Source: a virus (lineage: Duplodnaviria; Caudoviricetes). Taken from it: a stretch of DNA of 50,174 nt. The notes below the pieces were generated by a model. That model was given only the letters and a program-made list of their open reading frames with translations, searched no databases and had not been told where the DNA came from. The stretch's first letter is position 1. Each line of letters begins with the position of its first letter. Both the position numbers and the translations under genes were made by a program. The stretch is from positions 1 to 50,174 of IMG/VR virus record IMGVR_UViG_3300032269_000479. One strand, written 5' to 3'. Shown one piece after another: positions 27,487-36,415 of this stretch.

Positions 27487-27644
27487 TCGTCAAGATCTCC
27501 AAACTTACAGCACATGACATCGAGTTCATCTGAAGAACCAGCACAGTCCAGCATATTCCATTGTGCCCACTCAGCCGTGTTTTCCTCGAACGGGTTTTCT
27601 TCAACAAAAACATCCGTGTCGTCTGCATCTAAGATATAAGCCAC
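27483..27644 (-). CDS. Small highly acidic protein (53 aa)
   Basis: GTG start with AAGGA SD; MAYILDADDTDVFVEENPFEE... Confidence 0.5.
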   Translation of the reverse strand: MAYILDADDTDVFVEENPFEENTAEWAQWNMLDCAGSSDELDVMCCKFGDLDE

Positions 27645-27673
27645 GTTTTATTCCTTTTCAGTAGGTGTAAAGT

Positions 27674-27958
27674 CTAGTCTTTGAGCATCTTGACTTCTTT
27701 GAGTTCCTGTGTTTCCCCATCAAAAACAAGGCATATGTGATCATGAACAGATTTTGTGTCACGATATATCTCAGGGCCTGCAAGGTGGACATACCGTAGT
27801 AAATCGGGTTTTGGTTCAGGCTTTACCCGATATATACCATCCTCCTTCCAGAGTGGACGGTTGTTGTTACAGTTTACCCATTCTGAAACCGCATAATATT
27901 GAATGATTGCGCCTTGTGCCCAAAGGACAATCAAGTCGTGGTGTTTGTGTTTTTTCAT
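27674..27958 (-). CDS. Hypothetical phage protein
   Basis: KHKHHDLI..WA.GA.IQ...W...P.W....YRVKP...FDGET, a pattern common in small phage proteins. Confidence 0.78.
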   Translation of the reverse strand: MKKHKHHDLIVLWAQGAIIQYYAVSEWVNCNNNRPLWKEDGIYRVKPEPKPDLLRYVHLAGPEIYRDTKSVHDHICLVFDGETQELKEVKMLKD

Positions 27959-27969
27959 GGTTGTGTATG

Positions 27970-28257
27970 CTAAAACCCATTCCTTAAAGTATGGTTACTA
28001 ACACGAAAACCCGAAACAAAGTTCGGGTCAGCTCTGGTAGTGCTCATGTGTAAGGTATGCGGTGAATCTCCTTTCATTTGTCCGTGTTTTAAAAAAGTAA
28101 GCTGGTCTTTCTCGCTCATTGTTGACACTTGCAAAGCGATGTTAGTCAACTCTGATTGTGTTTTAATACGGCTTTGCAAGCTAAACACAATTGACCGTTG
28201 ACGACGATCTAACTTCAAGGTGTTACACACCCTTTGAATCTGTTCGTGCGTTCGCAT
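27970..28257 (-). CDS. Hypothetical early protein
   Basis: 95 aa with GAGGGG SD. Confidence 0.65.
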   Translation of the reverse strand: MRTHEQIQRVCNTLKLDRRQRSIVFSLQSRIKTQSELTNIALQVSTMSEKDQLTFLKHGQMKGDSPHTLHMSTTRADPNFVSGFRVSNHTLRNGF

Positions 28258-28396
28258 AGAATCCCCTCTAGCGAAACTGTGCTGTATTACAAACCTTGTA
28301 ACGCAACACAGATAAAAAAAGGGTTACGCCTAATTTCCCTTGTGCTGTAGTAGGCCGTCTAAATCTTAGACAGTCAGCCGATTAAATAAACAAAAC

Positions 28397-28480
28397 CTAA
28401 TCCCAGAAATCATCTGAGAAAACAGCAGCAACACTGAACCACAAAAGCCCAACGATAAACAACCACAAAGATTCTGCCAT
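28397..28480 (-). CDS. Small hydrophobic peptide (27 aa)
   Basis: MAESLWLFIVGLLWFSVAAVFSDDFWD, with GGAG upstream. Confidence 0.35.
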   Translation of the reverse strand: MAESLWLFIVGLLWFSVAAVFSDDFWD

Positions 28481-28483
28481 AGG

Positions 28484-28723
28484 CTAAGGCTCCCAATTAA
28501 GATGGAAACAAACAACGTCGAGAGCCTCCGAAAGGCTCCAAGCCATACGATCTAAAGGCCGTGGAGCACCAGACAGTTCAATTGAAAACCGAGTGCCAGT
28601 ATTGCGAAGAACAGCAACACGAACACGACCAACAAAAACCCAAATCTGACGAGCCTGTCCGGCGTGCTGTATTGCTGTTGTGTGTAAATCTTCGGGGATA
28701 ATCCCCAAACCCTTTGCTGCCAT
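28484..28723 (-). CDS. Hypothetical early protein
   Basis: ATG at 28723 with GAGGAG SD. Confidence 0.6.
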   Translation of the reverse strand: MAAKGLGIIPEDLHTTAIQHAGQARQIWVFVGRVRVAVLRNTGTRFSIELSGAPRPLDRMAWSLSEALDVVCFHLNWEP

Positions 28724-28767
28724 TTTAGAATCTCCTCTAAAAAGAGTTACAAAGTTTGTAACACCAG

Positions 28768-28923
28768 TTAAATAAACAAAAAACTCCACCAACGCAAACG
28801 ACACCGCCGGTTATTTAAACCAGCAAAGTGTCGATAATACGCAAATGGAAACTTCCGATCTGCCTTTTTATTCAGATCAATATCATGCTTGACCTGTTCC
28901 AAAACGTCAGCACTGATAAACAT
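28768..28923 (-). CDS. Small hypothetical early protein (51 aa)
   Basis: GAGG SD; MFISADVLEQVKHDI... Confidence 0.45.
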   Translation of the reverse strand: MFISADVLEQVKHDIDLNKKADRKFPFAYYRHFAGLNNRRCRLRWWSFLFI

Positions 28924-29097
28924 AAAACCTCACTCGTAGTTATACTGCCTGTTACAAACCTTGTAACGCTACCAAAACCGTTACAACCTTGTAACCACGC
29001 AAACGCTGAACAAACCTGTGCCGATACAAGTTAGACTGGCGAGGTAGCAAAAAGTTTCAAAAAAGAACCAAAAAAAGACCAAAAAACAGTAAAAAAT

Positions 29098-29217
29098 TTA
29101 CTCTTTTCTGGAGAGCCAAGTTACCGCAATTCCGCTATATAACGCTTCCTCACACGCTTCTAACATCATCATATCAGCCCGTTCAAACGACAACAACCGG
29201 ATATAATATTTAGGCAT
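29098..29217 (-). CDS. Small hypothetical early protein (39 aa)
   Basis: AGGAG SD; MPKYYIRLLSFER... Confidence 0.45.
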   Translation of the reverse strand: MPKYYIRLLSFERADMMMLEACEEALYSGIAVTWLSRKE

Positions 29218-29286
29218 AGTCTAATCTCCTGTTCTACCTGCCAATCTAACCTTTTAGCTACCCGTTTACTTGATTTTGTTACCGCT

Positions 29287-30114
29287 TTACCCGTTTACTA
29301 CCTGTTGCGTGGTTGTTTCCGTTGTTTCCGTTTGTTTGCCTTCCGCTTCCGGCTTTTTGACAATGTCGGTAACATTATCGGACTGTTGCTTTTTAGCCGG
29401 TGTTGCCTTAGCTTTTGCTACCGCTTCCGCTTTCGCGGCATGTTGCTCCGCTTTGTTGCAAAGGTCAGCGATTTTCTTGCCAAGATTCGCATAGAAAGGC
29501 TCCGACATTTTGCCCAATTCAGCGGCAAAGGTTTCACATTGGCGCACAATGGCAATCGGTGTTGCACCTTGCTTAATGGTAGCCAAGAGCGCACCTTGAA
29601 GCATTGCCATTGATTCCGACACGCCCGACACGTTAAGCCGATTCAAAATCTTCGTGCGGTCTTCCGCTTGAATCTTTTTAATCGTGCCCGCCCGACTCGT
29701 GCCGGTTCCGGCTGTATCGCCCTTGTTTGCCATGTCGCGACATTTCGAGATAAACTGGTGATAATCGCCTTCCAGTTGACCAAGAACCAACATCGCATGA
29801 GCGTCACGTTCTTTATGCGTGTCAGAGGAACTGTTCAGATGTTCCACGTGAAACGCTTTAAACACTTGGCGCGCTTCCGATTTACGAACCTTTGCAGACC
29901 CTTCGGATTTTCCAGCTTTTGTCAGTGCCGCTTCATAGCCCGCGAGCCAATCGGCCGACTTCTGTTCATCTGCGTGAAGTTCAAAAGCCCTCGACAAGAT
30001 TACATCTCGTGTAACTTTGTCTGCTACGCCTTGCGCCTCTAGAATCTTCGCAGTGTCCGATTCTGCCATGATTGCGAAATCAGAAGAAAGGTTCGGTTTG
30101 ATGATATTTGCCAT
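29287..30114 (-). CDS. First early gene, helical hypothetical protein
   Basis: 275 aa, AAGGA SD, Ala/Lys-rich tail. Confidence 0.8.
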   Translation of the reverse strand: MANIIKPNLSSDFAIMAESDTAKILEAQGVADKVTRDVILSRAFELHADEQKSADWLAGYEAALTKAGKSEGSAKVRKSEARQVFKAFHVEHLNSSSDTHKERDAHAMLVLGQLEGDYHQFISKCRDMANKGDTAGTGTSRAGTIKKIQAEDRTKILNRLNVSGVSESMAMLQGALLATIKQGATPIAIVRQCETFAAELGKMSEPFYANLGKKIADLCNKAEQHAAKAEAVAKAKATPAKKQQSDNVTDIVKKPEAEGKQTETTETTTQQVVNG

Positions 30115-30743
30115 GATAGTTTCCTTTTAAGTTTGATCGGATGATGTTACAAAGTTTGTAAGTTTTTGCGACCAAGTAAAAGGTAGCTAACAGGTTAGAC
30201 TAGCTTCACATTGTTAAAGAACAAGACCGCAGCATCCGACGTGCGGCACCGTCGCCCACCAAACGCGCAACACGCCTTGCGTGTATGCAGTCCGCTTGTA
30301 TAAGTAAGACCACCCAGTTTCGAAAAGGTTCAATCTTTTTTCATTTATTTTTGTTGTATTTTTACCACAGGTCAAGCGCACTGTATTGGTGCGGATTACA
30401 AGCTTGTAACCCTTTGACCAGTAGGGGATTACGTAAGCGCTCACTTAGAATACCCGATAAAAACAGTCGGATTTTCCTGTATTTTTACCATTAAAAGGGG
30501 GTAGGGGGGGAAAACGGCTAGAGAGCGAAATAGTTTCCAGACTGCTTATACCGATAACACAAAAATAAAGGGTCTACTCCTAAATAATTACTGTCTTGGG
30601 GGAATGTATTTATATTAATGTTACAAACTTGTAACAACTTTAAGTGAACTCTATTTGGCGCTCGGAGAAAACCGACTCCTCGCTTACGCGGGGATAAGCA
30701 GACACCCCGCTTAGCCAGCTACAGACAACAGTCTAGACACTTA

Positions 30744-30852
30744 ACGTAATTACGTAATTACGTAATACATAATATAAATCTAATATAATACATAATTACT
30801 AAATACATAATTACTATATATATATATACTATATACTATATACTGTATATAT
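30744..30852. repeat. Short tandem and low-complexity AT repeats
   Basis: (ACGTAATT) x ~3, TACATAAT repeats, (TA)n and TACTATA repeats. Confidence 0.8.
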
Positions 30853-30912
30853 TAGACACTTTATTTTCAACTAAGTTCAATTCTTTCTTAGAAATATATT
30901 TTCTCTTAGATC

Positions 30913-30941
30913 TTGACTTTAGTTTCGATTTGTGTTATAAT
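30913..30941 (+). promoter_or_regulatory. Sigma70 promoter for the tRNA / morphogenesis arm
   Basis: TTGACT-17 nt-TATAAT with an extended -10 TG. Confidence 0.85.
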
Positions 30942-30999
30942 ATTAGGACTGAGTGAAATCTTATCTAGATTTCTCTCTAAAAAAAATAATTTATAAAAA

Positions 31000-31073
31000 G
31001 CGGGTTTGGTATATAGGTTGTGCCTTAGCCTTCCAAGCTAAAGAACTGGGTCCGAGTCCCAGAATCCGCTCCA
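31000..31073 (+). tRNA. tRNA-Gly(TCC)
   Basis: GCGGGTT/AATCCGC acceptor stem, TTAGC-CTTCCAA-GCTAA anticodon arm, CTGGG/CCCAG T stem, encoded CCA. Confidence 0.9.
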
Positions 31074-31083
31074 CCCAATTCTT

Positions 31084-31160
31084 GCCTCTGTAGCTCAGTC
31101 AGCAGAGCACTTCTCTTGTAAAGAAGAGGTCGGGGGTGCAATTCCACTCCAGGGGCTCCA
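31084..31160 (+). tRNA. tRNA-Thr(TGT)
   Basis: GCCTCTG/CAGGGGC acceptor stem, GCTC/GAGC D stem, CTTCT-CTTGTAA-AGAAG anticodon arm, CCA end; atypical T arm. Confidence 0.82.
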
Positions 31161-31233
31161 CAATTCGATTTAAGCGAGTTTGACCTGAATCCGATACCGA
31201 GATATACCCAACCCCTTCAAAGGTCCCCAAAAC

Positions 31234-31563
31234 GTGATTAAACGATTCCTAGCCACCCTTCTGATTGTCTGTCTCCTGCCTTTTCAAGCTTCTGCTCAAT
31301 CTATTGATGCTGACACTTGTATTCAGGTAGCCAACATCATGTATCAAATTGGGGAAGGAAAAAAGGAAGGAATCAAGTTGGAACAACAACTTAACTCTAT
31401 GAGGGAAGCTGTTCCAGCTGGGGCTTTGAGGAAGTTCTACGAACAGTTGATTAAAGAAGCCTACCAAACTAAGAAAAGCCCTGAAGACTTTGCTCAGGAC
31501 TTTGCCAATCGGTGTTTTAACGTTCGCGGTGACATTTCAAAACTAATGGGAAAGAAAACTTAA
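31234..31563 (+). CDS. Exported hypothetical protein
   Basis: Signal peptide ending in ASA-Q; two Cys that could form a disulfide. Confidence 0.65.
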   Translation: MIKRFLATLLIVCLLPFQASAQSIDADTCIQVANIMYQIGEGKKEGIKLEQQLNSMREAVPAGALRKFYEQLIKEAYQTKKSPEDFAQDFANRCFNVRGDISKLMGKKT

Positions 31564-31566
31564 AAT

Positions 31567-32193
31567 TTGGCCTTTCAAGGAAACGATGTCTCCCCTGAAA
31601 AAAGAACAGGGTATTTTGTAGATGGAAAAGAGATAATTCTCTCTAAAACTAGAGGAAGACCCATGACTGGAAAAGGAATCCTTCCTCTCCCAGAGACTAA
31701 AAAGATTGAAGTTGCAAGTGTCCTAGTAGTGACTGGTAGTTTTAAGAAAACAGCAGAACTAACAAAGCTAACTGAAGGCACGATCAGGGGTTGGAACAAC
31801 CAGGAATGGTTCCAGAACCTGATGGCAAAGATTCGAAAAGAGAACGATCAGATAATTGACGCCAAAAGTTCTAAGATTATTCACGGAGCCTTGGAACAAA
31901 TTGAAGATCGGCTTGAGAATGGGGACCATGTAGTCCTAAAAACAGGGGAAGTCATACGAAAACCTGTTTCCATTCGTGATTTAGCACTAGTTTCAGCAAT
32001 TACGATAGATAAACGGCAACTTTTACGCGGTTTACCAACCTCCAGAACAGAAAATATGTCTTCTGAGACACAATTAGCCCGTTTAGCGGAGAACTTTAAG
32101 TCCCTCGCTGAGAAAGGCAAGCCTCAAAAAGAGGTTGTTGTGGTTGAGGACGTAGAATACACTGAAGTTAATGAAAAAGATAAAGAAATTTAA
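31567..32193 (+). CDS. Terminase small subunit
   Basis: HTH (TGSFKKTAELTKLTEGTIRGW) followed by oligomerisation helices, upstream of TerL. Confidence 0.75.
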   Translation: MAFQGNDVSPEKRTGYFVDGKEIILSKTRGRPMTGKGILPLPETKKIEVASVLVVTGSFKKTAELTKLTEGTIRGWNNQEWFQNLMAKIRKENDQIIDAKSSKIIHGALEQIEDRLENGDHVVLKTGEVIRKPVSIRDLALVSAITIDKRQLLRGLPTSRTENMSSETQLARLAENFKSLAEKGKPQKEVVVVEDVEYTEVNEKDKEI

Positions 32194-32276
32194 CTTAAAA
32201 GGAACTGAGGATTATGCCAGCCGGAGAAAACCCTCGTCGAAACCGCACTCGCCCCTGTCCAAAAAGGAAGTAAGCG

Positions 32277-32552
32277 ATGCCGAGTTCACCGAATTATGTG
32301 AGAGATTACAAACAAGAAGCCGCTACAGAATCTCCACAGAGGAAACGATATAGAGCCCTTCGGGTGCAAGCCCGTCGGGACTTTGAAAAGGCCCTAGGCC
32401 ACAAGATTCCAGCAGGAATGGATGTGGACCATGATAAGCCACTAAGCAAAGGCGGATCAAATGCCGCTAAGAACTTGAAGCTCCAGAAGGCTAGTGATAA
32501 TCGAAGCTACCCACGAACTAAGGGTGGTAAAATGAAAAGCGCAAAAGATTAA
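32277..32552 (+). CDS. HNH endonuclease (packaging-associated)
   Basis: RDYKQE...DVDHDKPLSKGGSN...NL...NRS. Confidence 0.88.
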   Translation: MPSSPNYVRDYKQEAATESPQRKRYRALRVQARRDFEKALGHKIPAGMDVDHDKPLSKGGSNAAKNLKLQKASDNRSYPRTKGGKMKSAKD

Positions 32553-32565
32553 AGTTACAGCTGAT

Positions 32566-34065
32566 ATGATTGAGGGGTTCATGGGGAGTGTTCTTTCAGT
32601 TCGTCTGGATGAACCTGCCCCGACCCCGAGATGCCACCGAGAATGGTGGGAACTCTGTTGTTCCGAACATAAACGGGTTGCCATTGCAGCTCCTCGGGGA
32701 CACGCTAAATCAACCGCAATCACAAAGGCCTATACACTGGCTTCAGCCCTTTTTAGGGATCGTCAGTTTATCCTGGTCATCTCAGACACCTACAAACAAG
32801 CGGTCTTGTTTCTAGGAGAGATTAAAAATGAACTCGCTACAAATGATCAACTCCGAGATCTTTTTGGTGTTGAAGACTTTCTGACCGACCGAGAAGATGA
32901 CGTTATTGTCCGTTTAAAAGACGGCCATATGTTCCGGATCATGGCTCTGGGATCAGAACAAAAGGTTCGAGGTCTTCTCTGGCAAGGCAAGCGTCCAGAC
33001 CTAGTTGTCTCTGACGACATGGAAAACGACGAGATTGTGATGAACCCAGAACGGCGTGAGAAGTTCCGAAACTGGTTTAGTAACGCTTTGCTCCCAGCCC
33101 TTTCGGGCCGTGGTATTGTTCGTTGGGTTGGCACTATCCTCCACATGGACGCTGCTCTTGAGCGTGTCATGCCAAGGGATAGGGATGAGAATACCATCCA
33201 CGAATCCCTCCGATCTTACATGCGGTCCCCTAAAAACGGCTGGATGTCTGTGCGATATAAAGCACACAATGAGGATATGAGTAAGGTTCTCTGGCCTGTT
33301 AAATGGTCAAAAGAGCGTCTCAGTGAACTTCGAAACATGTTCATCTCTCAAGGTAATCCGGAAGGATATTACCAAGAATACCTGAACAGGCCAATTGACC
33401 CCTCAAATACGTTCTTTAAGAAAGACGATTTTCAGGAGTTTGAGGCAGAAGATTACAAGAAAGATTGGGGATATTGTCCCACTTACATCTCGATTGACGG
33501 TGCTTTTTCAACAAAAGAAAAACGAGATTACACAGTTATTGGGATCGGATCTGTAGATGACTCAGGGATTCTTTACATTCGCCACATTGTTCGTGAGCGT
33601 CTGGATTCAAAAGAAGTTGTGGACGCTATTGTTCGTTTACAAGAACGCTACAAGTTTAATACCTTACTTATTGGTAAGGGAGCTTACGAAAAGGGTATAG
33701 GACCCTTTTTAAGGGACCACATAGCAAAGAACGGGAAGTTTCTACACACAGAAGCTATCCCTGAAGTGGTCGATAAAAGAATGAGAGCCACTTCGATCCG
33801 CGGACGTATGCGGGCAGGTGGTGTTCGGTTTAACAAGAAACCTTTTTGGTATCCTGACTTTGAACAGGAACTTTTAGAGTTTGACCGCGGAACACACGAC
33901 GACCAAGTGGATATGATGTCCCTTTTTGGTCTTTACCTGGACCAGATGCAAACAGGAGCTTCCCGATCAGAGATAAAAGCTTACACCGAAGACGACGAAT
34001 TTGGCGACTCTAGATTTCAAACTGAGGACTTGCTTGGCGGTAGGTCCGTAATGACTGGATATTAA
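32566..34065 (+). CDS. terL: Terminase large subunit
   Basis: APRGHAKST Walker A, VRG, VVSDDME Walker B, VGT, QEY, SIDGA, DYT, HDDQVD. Confidence 0.95.
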   Translation: MIEGFMGSVLSVRLDEPAPTPRCHREWWELCCSEHKRVAIAAPRGHAKSTAITKAYTLASALFRDRQFILVISDTYKQAVLFLGEIKNELATNDQLRDLFGVEDFLTDREDDVIVRLKDGHMFRIMALGSEQKVRGLLWQGKRPDLVVSDDMENDEIVMNPERREKFRNWFSNALLPALSGRGIVRWVGTILHMDAALERVMPRDRDENTIHESLRSYMRSPKNGWMSVRYKAHNEDMSKVLWPVKWSKERLSELRNMFISQGNPEGYYQEYLNRPIDPSNTFFKKDDFQEFEAEDYKKDWGYCPTYISIDGAFSTKEKRDYTVIGIGSVDDSGILYIRHIVRERLDSKEVVDAIVRLQERYKFNTLLIGKGAYEKGIGPFLRDHIAKNGKFLHTEAIPEVVDKRMRATSIRGRMRAGGVRFNKKPFWYPDFEQELLEFDRGTHDDQVDMMSLFGLYLDQMQTGASRSEIKAYTEDDEFGDSRFQTEDLLGGRSVMTGY

Positions 34066-34070
34066 ACAGC

Positions 34071-36152
34071 ATGGCTGAAAAAGCAAGTAAAGCAGACTTA
34101 CAACAATTCGTCCAGAACAATAACCTTGCTGCTGATATGGATCAGAAGGATCTTGATACTATTGGCCTTAAGATCTGTGAGTGGTTGGATATTGACGAGC
34201 AAGCCCGCTCAGACTGGACCAAACGTAATGATCAGTGGCTGAAGCTTGCTACTCAAGTCGTAGAAACAAAAAACTATCCGTGGCCTAATGCGGCCAACGT
34301 TAAATTCCCCCTGTTGACAACTGCTGCTATGCAGTTTGCTGCTCGGGCCTATCCTGCCCTTGTCCCAGGTCCTAATCTGGTTCAGGGGCTTGTTATTGGG
34401 CGTGATATGGACTCCCAGAAACAGGAAACAGCCCAGCGGATCGGTCGCCACATGAGCTACCAACTTCTGTGGGAAATGGATGGTTGGGAAGAGGATATGG
34501 ACAAGCTCTGTATGACGCTTCCTATTGTGGGTTGTATGTTTAAGAAAACTTACTTTGACCCTATCCAGCAAAAAAACTGCTCTGAGTTGCTCTTTCCAAA
34601 CGATTTGGTTATTGACTACTACGCCAAGTCCGTAGAGTCAGCTACCCGCAAATCTCAGATCTTGTGGCGGACAAACAACGAGATTTGGGAGCGGGTTCAG
34701 CGTGGTGTGTTCTTGGATATTCCGTATCCAGACCCCACAGGCAAGGCAAACACAGAAGCAAAAGATAAGATTGACGGAACACAGGAACCTTCCTTAACGC
34801 CTTCGACACCCCATCGTTTTATTGAGTGTCATTGCTGGTGGGACCTGGATGATGATGGTTACGATGAGCCTTACATTGTTACAGTTCACTATGAAACAAA
34901 AAAAGTAGTTCGGATAATTGCGAGGTTTGACAGCGATGGAATTGAAACAGTTGTCGATGCTAAAGGCAAGGAAAAGCTCGTCCGGATCAAACCAATTGAG
35001 TATTTCACAAAGTTTGGCTTTATTCCTAACCCTGATGGTTCTATCTATGACCTTGGCTTCGGTCTGCTTCTTGGCGGAATTAATGAGTCGATAAACACCT
35101 TAACAAACCAGCTTCTGGATTCGGGAACTCTCAATAACCTTCAAGCTGGTTTCTTGGGACGTGGTATCCGAGTTCGGTCTGGAACCACACGCTTTATTCC
35201 TGGCGAGTGGAAACCTGTGGATTTTACTGGCGATGATATTAAAAAGCATATTTTTCCCCTTCCCACCAAAGAACCCTCTGAAGTCTTATTCAAGCTCTTG
35301 GAGACCTTTGTTAGTTCGGGGAAAGAACTCGCCTCGGTCGCTGAGATCTTTGTTGGTAAAATGCCAGGGCAAAACACGCCGGCTACAACTACGATGGCTA
35401 CGATTGAGCAGGGCCTCAAGGTCTTTACCGCGATTTATAAGAGAATCTATCGTGCGCTTGCACAAGAATATCAGAAACTTTTCTACCTAAACCACGTAAA
35501 CCTTCCTGAAGAATCGCTGTATTTTACACTCAATCAGCCCGAAGGTCCGCAAACAGACGCGGTAGCGCAGCGCGATTACGACACAAAGAACATCAGCGTT
35601 AAGCCTAATGCTGACCCAAATATCGTAAGTTCTGCTCAGAAACTGATGAAAGTTCAAAGCTACGGCTCGTTGCTTCAGCTTGGAACCCTCAACCCCAAAG
35701 AATACACCAAACGATTCTTGGAGGCTGTTGAAGCTGAGAACATCAAATCCCTTATGGACTTCCAACCACCGCCCAGCGCAGATCAACAAAAGCTGGAAGG
35801 TGAGATGAAACTGAAGCAAGCAGAAGCCCAGCAGAAAGCAATGCTAAATCAGCAAGAAGCACAGTTGAAACAGCTTGCTGCTGAGCTGGACGCTAAAGAT
35901 AAGCAGCTCTCTATTGCCATAAAACAGGCAGAAGCAGAGCTGGACCAGAGAAAGTCGATGTCTGAACTGATGCGTGATGTAGCCCAAATGCGGTCAGATA
36001 TGCAGCGTAAAGACATGGAACATGGTCAAAAGTTGATTCATTCAGAACGAGAACAACAGCAAAAAATGCGGCACACTGAAGATAAAGCCATCAGTGATGC
36101 GGCCGCAGCTAAGCTAAAAGCTGAAAGTGCCCCTAAAAAGGAAACTAAATAA
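34071..36152 (+). CDS. Portal protein (P22-like, with C-terminal barrel coiled coil)
   Basis: Directly after terL; PWPNAANV.FP, NQLLDSGTL.N, long Q/E/K coiled-coil tail. Confidence 0.9.
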   Translation: MAEKASKADLQQFVQNNNLAADMDQKDLDTIGLKICEWLDIDEQARSDWTKRNDQWLKLATQVVETKNYPWPNAANVKFPLLTTAAMQFAARAYPALVPGPNLVQGLVIGRDMDSQKQETAQRIGRHMSYQLLWEMDGWEEDMDKLCMTLPIVGCMFKKTYFDPIQQKNCSELLFPNDLVIDYYAKSVESATRKSQILWRTNNEIWERVQRGVFLDIPYPDPTGKANTEAKDKIDGTQEPSLTPSTPHRFIECHCWWDLDDDGYDEPYIVTVHYETKKVVRIIARFDSDGIETVVDAKGKEKLVRIKPIEYFTKFGFIPNPDGSIYDLGFGLLLGGINESINTLTNQLLDSGTLNNLQAGFLGRGIRVRSGTTRFIPGEWKPVDFTGDDIKKHIFPLPTKEPSEVLFKLLETFVSSGKELASVAEIFVGKMPGQNTPATTTMATIEQGLKVFTAIYKRIYRALAQEYQKLFYLNHVNLPEESLYFTLNQPEGPQTDAVAQRDYDTKNISVKPNADPNIVSSAQKLMKVQSYGSLLQLGTLNPKEYTKRFLEAVEAENIKSLMDFQPPPSADQQKLEGEMKLKQAEAQQKAMLNQQEAQLKQLAAELDAKDKQLSIAIKQAEAELDQRKSMSELMRDVAQMRSDMQRKDMEHGQKLIHSEREQQQKMRHTEDKAISDAAAAKLKAESAPKKETK

Positions 36153-36154
36153 GT

Positions 36155-36415
36155 ATGAATATTGAGTTGGATGACATCTCACAGGAAGCGTGGGATGAGT
36201 GGAGAAAGAGCAAAGCAACACGAATCCTAGTTGCTGGTATCTTGAACACAAGGGAAGAGTTGAAAGAAGCAGTTGTAGAGAACCACCACAGCACGGATGC
36301 CGCCCGCCTGATTGACATGGGTAGGTGTCAGGCCTTTAAAGATGTTGTTGAGTTTATCATAGAGAAAAGGAAAAAACCAAATGTTGAAAGCGATAGCGCA
36401 TCGGATTATAATTAA
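36155..36415 (+). CDS. Hypothetical protein following the portal gene
   Basis: 86 aa, helical, contains W.EW....T. Confidence 0.65.
   Translation: MNIELDDISQEAWDEWRKSKATRILVAGILNTREELKEAVVENHHSTDAARLIDMGRCQAFKDVVEFIIEKRKKPNVESDSASDYN

Larger units (their letters stand above)
21984..30635. repeat. Dispersed palindrome family GTTACAA-N2/3-TTGTAAC (about 10 copies)
   Basis: Copies at ~21984, 26349, 27341, 28287, 28746, 28951, 28980, 30146, 30396 and 30620. Confidence 0.9.

Noticed and set aside
27115-27639. 174-aa plus-strand ORF
   Set aside because: It is antisense to three small minus-strand ORFs that fit the operon direction.
30214-30494. ORFs of 76 aa and 69 aa in the control region
   Set aside because: No convincing SD or protein features; they overlap a palindrome and the probable promoter/terminus region.
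21984-30635. Palindromes as a CRISPR array or as matS sites
   Set aside because: They are dispersed at irregular distances with no spacer periodicity and no cas genes. The spacing between GTTAC and GTAAC is 6-7 nt, unlike the 13-bp matS.
30841-30860. LexA (SOS) box-like CTGTATATAT
   Set aside because: The right half-site ACAG is missing at the correct spacing, it lies in low-complexity TA sequence, and there are no lysogeny genes.
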